Shown here one piece after another: positions 36,354-47,300 of a stretch of 64,000 nt of DNA. The notes below the pieces were generated by a model. It was not told the DNA's origin, made no database searches, and saw only the letters and a program-made list of their open reading frames with translations. How positions within the stretch are numbered: the stretch's first letter is position 1; every line of letters starts with the position of its first letter. Position numbers and translations under genes: made by a program. This stretch comes from Psammoneis japonica (taxonomy: Eukaryota), in contig QPGO01000080.1 in assembly GCA_008632985.1 (NCBI GenBank), positions 186,001-250,000 on the forward strand, read 5' to 3'.

Positions 36354-39211
36354 TGTAGAAACCATCAATGTGGGCTTGATTTTCAATTCACTGGCCTTTT
36401 TATAAACTTGGGCTTTAACACTGATTCTTGTGGTCATTCACCACGTGACCAACCTGTCGTGACCGGGACCCAATCATCTGAGTCCTGTTTGAATCTTGTT
36501 CCGTGACGCCCTCCTTGATTGACTCCGGTTCCACCATCACAAAACCATCGCGCAGGTTCTGGGCTAATCTCTTTTGCATCTTGATCTTCACGTTCTTGGC
36601 ATTGACATCTTCTGGATTCTTTTCTGCACTGACATGACGTGGCTCAATTTCCCCATGTTGAACCAACTCGCCCAAATGTCTGTCATGAATGTGAGTGTGT
36701 TTTGTCCACTGTCCCACTTGGTTGTCAACAGCCAGAAACAGTGATGCGGTGTTGTCTCCACAAGCATGACTTGGCATCTTCAACATGTCTGCACCCACCA
36801 GCTCCTCCAACAAGTGGCTCTGAAACTGTGTGCTCTGCGTGCCTGCTGCGCCCGCTGTGGTCTCACTTTCACAACTGCTCAGCACCACAGAGGTCTGCTT
36901 CTTTGATTGCCAATTAGTTGACAACGCACCGCCCAGTGTGGAAAGGTCACTTGAAATGCTCTTCTGGTCATTCTTGTCCATTCCCCACTCAGTGTCAAAT
37001 GTCCCTGTGCTCTGCAATTCAAAAGGTGACCTCAATTCAATGGCGGACAGTGAAATTTCAGATGTCCCATGACTCTGTCCAGCACATGCCAGCGATCCTT
37101 AGTTGGATTCGTCAAATGCATTGTCAGTGCTCCAATCGAATGCATGCAATCAGGTGAGACCTTCAACATTGCATGCAAGCTCATCCAATGAAGGCTCAAT
37201 GTCTGTTCTGCTCGGCTGGCTCATGGTCTTTGTCTGCCTTCATCAACATCTTGCCTGGCTCTCCAGGTGTTTCACAAACCTCAAGTTTCCTGTTGATGAG
37301 GCATTGTTTGCACTTCGCAACCATCTTTTCCATGTGCTTGCACATGCTGCACTCAAAGCCCCAACCACACTTGTCTTTCTTCAACTCATGATCAACTCCC
37401 AAATGAGTGTCGATTGGCCCAATGTCCAGCATCTTGACTCTCTTTGCCAAACAGTCCTTGGCTTCCTTTGTGACTTCCGGCTTCCCACATGTGAAACCAT
37501 TGTCCACACACATCAGAACAACAATCTCCAACTGCCCCTTGTTGTCATGATGACACAACATGCAAGGGTCAGTCTTGCTTTGCTCAAGCTCGATGCCACC
37601 CCTTTCAGTCATGATTCTTACAAACACATCAATCCAGCATTTTGTGGCATCGACTTGCCCACATTGCACTTTTCCAAGCAAAATGAGATTGTTCTTGTTT
37701 CATTCCCAACCTTTGCATTTGCAATGTTCCTTCCACAAAGGGGGAAGATTCACATGCACAGGTGGTCCAGTCATCTCTGAGTTCAGAAATGCCTGCACAA
37801 CATTGAACAAATGCCTGACAATCCACTCCTTCTTGGCTTTGTCAACACCATCGACTCCCAACTGCTCCAACATCCACAATGATGATGCCAGGACAAGTCT
37901 CACAGCATGGTCCATTGGAGCAGGTGCACATGGTTCATCGAAGTGTGCTCTGGGTGTCATGTTGAACCCCCAGATGCATGCGCTGCTTCCACTTTGTTCT
38001 CGTTGTTGCTTGGAATGCCAGCTGGGTTGCAAGAAGTCCTCAGCTTGCTCAACTTGTGTTCCAATGATTGACTGTTCACTGCTGATTCTTTGTCCATCTG
38101 TCCTGGTCTGTCAGGTGGCGCACCCATCTTAGAGTCAGTTTCTTTGCTCTCTGATGATTCCTCGCCATCTGTTGCATTCTCTTCTCCCTCCTCAATTTGT
38201 GATTGAGTAAACTGGAAGTCAAGGTTGCCTGCGGATGAGTGGGAGGGGTGTGGCATCTGTTCAACCACTGTTGATGGTCCGTTGTCATCTGCCCAAGTCA
38301 CTCGTGGAGTTTGCTTTTTGTCCAGCTTGTCAGGGTTGATGTGGTCATGTTGCCTTTTAGACTCCCATGCCACATTGCGTGTCAACACACAATGGCAATT
38401 TGACACTTTCTGAATGGCACGCGTGCAGCTCAAGTGATTCTCAGCATGTCCTGCATGACAAATCTCCTTGGCACAATCCTGAAATTTGGCCTTGATCTTG
38501 TTCCAGGTCCTTGGCTTTCACAGGTGGAGATTCACCAAATGGTTCACAGGCATTGCTCCAGTCCCCACGTGGGACCAAGTTGCAAGCAACAGTGCAATCA
38601 TGCAGTGCATTTGCCCATTGCCAACTTTGCTTGTTCTCATCAAAATTGGGTGCTTTGCAGGGAATGCTCTTTTGACTGCCAAGTTGAACTGCGGCATGTT
38701 CAGGGAGGCACACTTGATTGTGGTCCCACACTCATCACAAATTGGCTCAAGCTCACCCCACTCTGGTGCGTTGTCCATCCGCAAGAACTCAACTGGGGTC
38801 TCTCAAACCTTCAGCTTGGTCAACAAAGCTTTGATGTCATCCACAAAACCACTCTTCTTGGCTCCAAACATCGACCAAAGACAATCAGTGAGCTGATTGA
38901 CCATCATCACATGATGTCAATTCTTGCCGTGTGTTGCCTTGTGCAGTCCTGACATCTCCAAGTAGAGCCACTGTCCAGGCTTGGTTTTTTTCTTAGTGCT
39001 GGCCTTCATGGCTGGCTTTGCTGCAGCCTTTGCCTTGACACAAAACTCACAGGTCTTTGGTGTGCCCGTCAATTTCCAACCAAGATCTGCAGCCACCATT
39101 TTCATTGCGCGTTCTCCCATGTGGTTCAACAAAATGTGTGCGCAGTTGACATGGACTTTCTTGTCTGACTCCTTTTGTACAACTTTCTGTCCATCAGACA
39201 CATCTGTGGTT
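36354..39211 (-). mobile_element. Degenerate copia of another lineage (integrase, RT, RNase H, PPT, putative 3' LTR 36354-36508)
   Basis: AHILLNHMGE...CEFCVKAK (HHCC), RMDNAPE, DPCML...CVDN, WQSKKQTSVVLSSCESE; PPT AAGGAGGG followed by ~155 bp containing TATAAAAAG and ending TCTACA. May continue upstream to the protease at 41717-42031. Confidence 0.8.
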
Positions 39212-39608
39212 GACGGGTTCCAGTCCTGGGTGGGACTCCGTGTGACATTGGGCCCGCAGAATTCCACGTGCAAGCTCCGCAGTAAATTTGTGCTGCAATG
39301 AAAATGCAAATGATCGCCAACAGAAAAAGAGGCAATTTTACGAACGTATCTCCTCCTCCATGCTTGCAGCGCATCATTGACAGTTTGCCCGGGTGTGTTC
39401 TTCAGACATTAAAGAATGTGCTCAGCATGTTTTCATTCTCATAAATGTTGAAAATAGAAAGCCTTTGGCTTCGCAAAACAGGGAGCATGAAAAAATTTCG
39501 GAGAATGCAACACGCAGAAATGCACGTGCGCGACATGCGACGCAATCCAAAAAACCATTGATGTCACAGTGCAGCAGTGCGAGGTCCCACCTGGAGCTGG
39601 AACGCATC
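39212..39608 (+). mobile_element. MITE, subtype A (~397 bp)
   Basis: Imperfect TIRs GACGGGTTCCAGTCCTGGGTGGGACTC / GAGGTCCCACCTGGAGCTGGAACGCATC; flanks GGTT and GGTC(A). Confidence 0.85.
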
Positions 39609-40280
39609 GGTCATTTCAGACACGTCCGTCAGCAAAATTCCACTTCCATGTGAAACAGCCCACTCCCAACTGGGAGGTCTGCAAGTGGTGCGGAAGAGGG
39701 AAAGAGAAGACCTCCCATGGATCGTAACACATCCCAGCACCAGGCTGGCTGGCACAGCTTAAAAAATTGCACCGTGCAATTTTTTTGGTTCCTGGTGCAA
39801 AAACGAGAAATTCCATGCAGAATTTGTGCAGCCACCATGGCAAATTTGTGTCACGTCCACCGTCGTTGTCACTGTTTTTCACAAGGTGAGTCACTCAGGA
39901 CATTGTCAGCATTTGTCTGTGGCACCATTGCACATTGGTTCAATTTTGACAAGCGACACTCCATGCAAGAATGTCAATTTCGATTCATTCAGTGTGTGAG
40001 CATGCTGCTGTTGTCATCATTCTGGCCAGTGTGTTTCATCAAGTTTGTTGTCATTTGCCTCCTCTCATCCCTTGACCCATTCCTCATTCATTCCTGATGA
40101 ATGTGGGTGGAAGGTGCTGATGTGTGGGATGCCTTTGGTGTGTTTGAGACAAGCTCTGGTCATTGCGGCTCATTGTTGGTGTGTTTCCAATGGACGTCAG
40201 TGTGGTCCAGCACTTGTTCTGTTTGTTTCTCGGTCCGCACACAGATTCTTCCCCACAAAAGGGGTCGGAATGTTGGAATG

Positions 40281-40672
40281 GATGTGTTCCAGCTCTGGGT
40301 GGGGGACCTTGCACCACTGAACTGTGACATCGGCAGTTTTTTGGATCGCGCCGCATGTCGCGCACGTAGAAAGGTGCGTGACTTTTGTGAAAACATGTGT
40401 CATTTTGTGGTGCACTCATTGAGCGATCCGTCCAACAACTTTTGACATTTTTTGTTGCAGCGCAATTTGAAAATGTCTTGAGAATTGTGCAGGGCAGGTG
40501 CATTTGCAAAAATGTCCAGTGGCAAGAGGCGAAATTGTGCCACAAACTTGGCCGTTTGTTTGATGATGAAGACAAACGCATCCATTGATTAAATTCTCAC
40601 ACTGCGGAGCTCGCACTTGGAATTCTGTGGACCCAATGTCACACGGAGTCCCACCTGGGATTAGAGCCCATC
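40281..40672 (-). mobile_element. MITE, subtype B (~392 bp)
   Basis: Same TIR family; perfect 4-bp TSD AATG (40277-40280 and 40673-40676). Confidence 0.88.
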
Positions 40673-42640
40673 AATGAGCCAAATCTGTGGGCATGAGGAC
40701 AAAATCAGTCAAGGTGCTGTGGAGCAAAGCCTTTCCTGGGATGGTTGCCGATTTGGACATCATTTGGATTTTTGCCATTTGCTGCCACTGTGGCTGTTGC
40801 AGTGGAATTGGCCACCACTTTCCAAATGTGCTTGCAATTCTGACAGTGTGCATGGTGGTTTGCCTTGTGATTGTGTGGGCAACAGTTGATTTGGAGAAGA
40901 TTGGTGGATCACTCCTGTAGGAACTGTTCAGATGCTGTTTTGGGAGGGCTTGGACTTCTCCAGACCATTCCTCTTTTTGCAACACTTGGCTTTGAAAGAG
41001 GTTGGTGGCAGAGTTCACAAGAGATGTTCCATGTGTTCACAACAGGTGGACCCTTCACTTCATGTTCCAGATCCAGACCAAGGCAAACTGTGCATCACAA
41101 ACCATTGTCAGAGGTGCAAAGTGTTGTGCAACTGGCCGGGCTTTTGTCACTCAGCACTCATCAGCACATTCCATTCAATGAGCAGCATCAATTTTTTCAT
41201 CTGTCCACCTTTGTCTGGGAATCAAGCTGGCATTGTTTCACAGTTTTGTCACAACTCCTTTTTGACTTCATGGCTGCAGTGTTGACTCGCACCACTGTCC
41301 CAAATCGTCGCACTTTGTGTCAAGAGAGCAAAAGCTGTGAAAGAGACCTTTCTTGTCTCTTCTGTAAATTGGCTTTCCAGTTGGAAGAGATGGACCCATG
41401 TTGTTTCAGATTGGCAAGCATGGATGTTGAACATGGCAGTGATCAGGCTTGATGTTGAACAATGAAGTTCAAATGACAGGAGTGGAGGGCAGACATTTTG
41501 CACTGCAGGGCTGTGCGACTTGTGCAAGGGACGCAGAAATCATGCAGAAATCTGCCATGCACCAGTTGAAATGTGTTGCAGTCCATGGGAGTGAAAACAG
41601 CCCATCTTTCACTGATTTTTCAAAAATTAATTCCATGCCATCAGGGCATTCTGGAACAATGGCTTGTTTGGGATCAGCCTTCGGACTCAGCGTGCAATTT
41701 TTCTCAAACAGCTTTGTCAGACTCGCAACATCATGGCCACTGTGCCGTCCTTGTCTTGACATGCAAGTGGAAAATCTCCCTGGAGCTTTGCTGCCAAACT
41801 CCCATCATGTGTGTCCTTCATGACCTTGTTGACCTTTTTGAGGTTTCTCATCCCCTCAGGAGATGTCTTGGCATGTGCTGTTGAACCAGAGTCTAACAGC
41901 AGCCTTGCACCGCCACGTTCTGGCTCATGCTGCACACCAGACATCAATGTTTCATCACACTCATCATCCAAGTCATGTTCAAACTTGGGCTCTAAATCAC
42001 TTGAGTCCTTGCAGCAATTTAGAGTTGGCATGCTGTCATCATTGCTTTCTCCATCTGAGTCATCTTCCCAAAACTCTTGGAAAGGAGTGCAAAATTCATG
42101 TCCAGGCCTGCTGCAGTGCGTGCACAGTCTGCCCTGGAATTCAACCGGCTTGTCATCACTGCTTGAGTTGCTGTCACAACCATCTCAAGTTGCCAAGGGC
42201 GGGATGCTGTCCTCCTTGTCCACATCAATGGCAAAAGGACCTTCCAGCTCTGGTGTGCTCATGGCATCTTTGTTGTCATCATCCTCATTGTGCGAAAACT
42301 TGTTCCATTGGAAGACAAGGCAAAAGAACAAGTGCCTGGTTCAATGTCCAGACACCGTCTGTGTGGGATCTCCTTCTTGACTTGGTGCAGAGCCAAACAC
42401 AAAAGACCGTGCCCTTCCATTGGCTGGGGAAGCAAACACACTGCCAGGTCCACCCTGTCCTGTCAAATTTCATGGGGAAGAAATGGAGGGACTGCATGGG
42501 TGGTGAGGATGGGTTGCCAATGGAGATGCAATGCAAAACCAAGTTTTGCAACAAAAACGGGAAGGACACGCACCATTTGCACCCAGACTGCAACAATGAG
42601 GGCCCCGTGTTTTAGTGTCAACTTTGGCACTTGGTGCGGT
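40673..42640 (-). pseudogene. Two copia protease-region relics
   Basis: LLLDSGSTAH (41717-42031) and TIWDSGASQH (41249-41527). Confidence 0.6.
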
Positions 42641-42648
42641 GATCTCTT

Positions 42649-43016
42649 GATGCATTCCAGCTCTCGGCGGGGCCTTGCACTGCTGAACTGTGACATCAAC
42701 AGTTTTTGTGCATTTCTGCACAAGTTTGGCATGATTTTGTGTCACCTTGTGGTGCGCTCATTGAGCAATCCATCCAGCAAATTTTGACATTTTTTTTACA
42801 GCACGATTCTTAAATGTCTTCAGAATCATGCAGGGCAGGTGCATTTGCAAAAACGTCAAGTGGCAATGGGCACAATTGCACCACAAACTTGGTCGTTCAT
42901 TTGATGTTGAAGACAAAAACACCCCTCAAATGAGCTCTTGTGCCATGGAGCTCGCGTGCAAAATTCTGTGGGCCCAATGTCACAAAAAGTCCCACCCACT
43001 GGGACTGGAACCCGTC
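42649..43016 (-). mobile_element. MITE, subtype B
   Basis: Homologous to 40281-40672; flanks TCTT / TCCT. Confidence 0.85.
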
Positions 43017-43086
43017 TCCTTTTCCCTTCCAGGCTTCTCTGCTTTTGCAAGAATCCAAGCAATGATGAGTTGATGGCCATGGTGCA

Positions 43087-43362
43087 TGACAGGATTTGAA
43101 CAGGATTTGGATGCGCGCGAAGCATCGCGCGCTGTTTAGTTTACCGCGCACAGTTTTGTGTGCTTTAGTTCCGCGCGTTCACGCGCGATGTAGTTTGCTT
43201 TCGAGCCACAAGGCTCACAAGAATAACAACAGTAGCCCGATTATACCGACTTGCACGTCTTTCGGCTCCTGCAACGGTCTCTGAGCGGAGACTCATCTGC
43301 TATTTAGACAGCAGTAAGGAGTTATTGTTTGAATTCTTGCCATTTGCCTTCAGTTTCTATCA
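43087..43362 (+). repeat. 5' LTR
   Basis: TGACAGG...TTCTATCA; 11 substitutions relative to the 3' LTR. Confidence 0.97.
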
Positions 43363-43373
43363 GATTAACAGTC
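43363..43373 (+). promoter_or_regulatory. Putative primer-binding site complementary to the tRNA-Asn(GUU) anticodon arm
   Basis: GATTAACAGTC abuts the 5' LTR; its reverse complement GACTGTTAATC is a tRNA-Asn anticodon stem-loop sequence. Confidence 0.6.
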
Positions 43374-44301
43374 TTGCTCATTGTCAACCCATTGAGCAAC
43401 CGCCATCGTCGTCGTTGATTTACCAACGACGCTATTTCAATTCTACGTGGACCTCCGTATATATTCTACATACATCGGCAAGTCTACGCGCATTCAATAC
43501 CAGGGCATCGGCAGGAAGTTAACGTCACCGTCAAGTCTCCTTACCGCTGGATATCTGGATTGATTATACTACCTTTGATCGCTGAAGACATACATTCAAC
43601 GGTCATATCCAAGTCTATCCTTGATCCTCATCCCTTGATATACCTATTCATCGGTTAACGGTCAAGAACCCTACATATTCAAGGATCTTCGTCGCTGAAG
43701 ACACCCATATATGTGCATGTCTTCACGGCCAAGAACCTGTACCCACTCTTCGGACTGCGGTTTTGCTGCCACTCTACAAGCACACCGAGTCCATTGTACC
43801 TGATCTACCCCGGACTACTGGTGCTCTACAGTTCTACTAGGTCCACGAGGACGACTGTGAGAGCAAGCAGCCGTGATTGCAGCCTGCGTTGGGGCGAGGG
43901 TGCTTTCCCGCGTTTGTTCGTTCGTCCACAGCGCCTGACGCCTGCGTCAACTGGCCAGCCTGATCGGGAAATCCAACCGACATAAAATAAGAACGGTTCG
44001 GGGGTCTTGTCCACCTCTAGTCAGCTTGCCTGCAGGGGTTTACAACCCGCTGCTCCGCTCGCAAGCAACCCAAAGCGCCGCCAGCTGCGGGTTCGGACGT
44101 GCCGGCACAACTCTACGGACCGGATGGGAAGTTTAGCACTTGACAACGAACGGGATGACAAAGCCCGGCGACTTCTGATTTTAAGACAGTTCAAGATTTC
44201 AAGTCAAGTCCATTTCAAGTCAAGTCTGTTCTCACCCAAGTTTCGAGTCTACCTTCGCTTCCCAACCAGAATTGATTGTCCTGACACCATTTTTGTCTAC
44301 C

Positions 44302-47300
44302 ATGGTTCTCACTCGTCAGCAACAAACCGATGGTTTCGAGCACGTGGTTGGAACCGTGCTTGCCCAAGGTGCTGGGAGTCCTCTTTGTTTGGCTTTGGCC
44401 CAAGACGGCACGGACTCATGTCAGGAGCTGTTCACGTTCATGCCGTCCCAAATCGACTCGCTTGAGTGCGACAACGGCACTGATGCAATCCCTTTGCCCC
44501 GTGGTTATAAGAACATGTTAGCAGCACCAGTCAGTCTGTACATTGTTAAAGCACACAAAGGTCTTGACGTTGCCAACGACTCCTCTTTGTTCACGCATGA
44601 CGAGTTCCTTGCCTGCCGCCTCAGCCCCGACCACATGTCTTCTGTGTCCATCGGCAGCTCACCCCTTGCACCTCCACATGTCACCAACCCGACCAAGGCA
44701 TGCGACCCGGTGCGAGACTTCAAGCGAGGCATCAAGCGTGATCCCACTGCTTTCACGGCTCTCAAATCCGACAAGCAGTGGCACACTTGGCACACCTCAC
44801 TTGTGGCACAAGCCCGTGCCCAAGACGTCGAGTGCATTCTAGACTCGTCGTACAAACCGACCAGCCCCGAAGACAAACTGCTCTTTGCTGAACAGCAAAA
44901 GTGCATGTTCGCCGTCTTCGAACGCATCCTTCTCACCGACAAGGGCAAGGCTCTCATTCGCGAAAATGTGGGGTCCTCTGACGCACAGACCGTCTGCCGC
45001 TCCTTGTCTGCACACGTGCTTGCCTCCACCCGTGCATCTGTCGAGTCCTCCACCCTGCTCACGCACCTCACCACCGCACGTCTTGGTGATGGCACTTGGA
45101 AAGGTCCGACCCACGGGTTCATCCTTCATTGGCAAGATCAGTTGCGCAAGTGCGAGGCACTCATCCCCGCCAGCGACCACTTCTCTGAAGGACAGAAGCG
45201 CGTCATGCTCGAGAATGCCATGCATCCTGTCGAGGAACTCCGTGCTGTCAAGAACCAAGCTGATCAGCATCGCACGCAGAGTGGCAAGAGCCTCACACAC
45301 GATCAATGCTGTGGCTTGCTCCTCTCCGCGGCAGCTCAGTGCGACAGCACGTTTCAACCCAAGACGACACCTCGAGCTCCCCGACGCGCCACACACGCAC
45401 ACGACGTCCACTCCGAGGAACCGTCCGACGATGTGTTCTACGACATTGACAGCGACGTTGACGTCCTTCAAGCCAATGCTGCCCACACTCGTGGTCCCAG
45501 CCTCACCGGTGTCCAATGGAGACGTCTCCCTCCCGACCACCAACGGCTCTGGGATTCGTTGCCCGATTCCTCCAAGGCGATCATCCTTGAGCACTCTCGT
45601 CCGCCTCCCCGCAACCCGCGAGCCAGCAACTGCCATGAGTCTGTTGCGGCCAACCTTCACGACCAACACCTTGGGAGTGACGGTGATGTCAACTTGTCCA
45701 ACACGACTCCTGCTGACTGTGGTGACCCCGCCACACATGTGGACGCCACTTCGGATGATCCCATCCTGGCGCACCTCACCAAGCGCAAGCCACTGCCACC
45801 CGGTGATCTGCAACGTCTGTTGTCTCCTAACCAAGCCCCCAATGCCAGTCGACCGGGGCCATCCGCCGCTTCCTCTACCCCGCCAGCTTCTGCAGATGAC
45901 ATGGAACTTAACGGCCGCACTTGCCGCCGCGTTGACAACCACAATGTCATTTGCTCTGCCTCTGCTCATCGCTCCACACGCACTGGCACTCTAGTCGATC
46001 GTGGGGCCAACGGCGGCATTGCTGGCGACGACGTTCGCGTCATTGCACGCACCTCTCGCCAAGTCGACGTTCAGGGCATCGACGATCATCAATTGGTGGA
46101 CATCCCCATTGTCACCGCTGGTGCCGTCATTGAGACCCAGCGTGGTCCCGTCATCGCCATCCTCCATCAGCATGCATGCACGGGAAAGGGCAAGACCATC
46201 CATTCCTGCGGCCAGCTCGAATGGCACAAACAGGATGTCAACGATCGCTCTGTCAAGGTGCCCAACGGCTTGCAACGTATTGCCACTCCTGATGGCCATG
46301 TCATCCCCATTGACATCAAGGCTGGCCTGCCTTGTGTTGCCATGCGACCTTGCACTGACGCCGAATGGGACACCCTGCCCCATGTCATCCTTACCGGTGA
46401 TGACACATGGGACCCTTCCGTCCTCGATCACTCTGTCACTGACGATGACCAGTGGCACGACGCGATCTCTGATCTACAGGACGATCCCACTGCCAACCTG
46501 TTTGACGAATGCGGCAACTGCCGTCACCGTGTCGTTGTCAACGAGACCATCTTGTCCGCTTCCTTGTCTGCCGATCACGCGTCTGCCCTCGATGATCACC
46601 TCATTCCGAACGACGACGTGTTCTACGAGTGTCATCTGCATGCGATTGACCCCACGGGCGATGACGTTCCACCTCCGGAGCGCACTGTAAAGCCCAAGGA
46701 CCCCCCATGCGAGTCTCTTCGGCCTCACTTTGGCTTCCTACCCACCGATGCGGTCCGTCGTACTTTTGACTGCACCACGCAGCACGCCCGCATGCCCGCC
46801 GGTGCACACCTTCGCAAGGCCTACAAATCACCCAACCCCGCCCTTAATGTGCACCGCCGCAACGAGCCTGTCGCCACTGACACCGTTTGTGCCGACACCC
46901 CGGCCGTCGACTCTGGTTGCACCAGCACCCAACTGTTTGTTGGCACCGAGTCTACCGTCACTGACGTCTGCGGCACCAAGACGGACAAAGAGTTTGTCAA
47001 CACACTCGAGGATCAGATCCGTGAACGTGGTGCACCATCCAAACTCATTAGCGACCGTGCTCAAGTTGAGATCAGCAACAAAGTGCTCGGGATCCTGCGC
47101 GCCCTCTTCATCTCCAGCTGGCAAAGTGAGCCTCACCAGCAACACCAAAACTTTGCCGAGCGTCGACACCAGACTGTGAAGCGCATGGCGAACACTGTCA
47201 TGGACCGTTTTGGTTCGCCCGCCCACACATGGCTGCTGGCGCTCATGCACGTGTGCTTCATGCTCAACCACACAGCATCCCCACGTCTCCACTGGCGCAC

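Noticed and set aside
39212..40672. A single Pack-MULE/foldback element with long arms
   Set aside because: Each ~390-bp arm has its own TIR pair and its own 4-bp TSD, so these are independent MITEs
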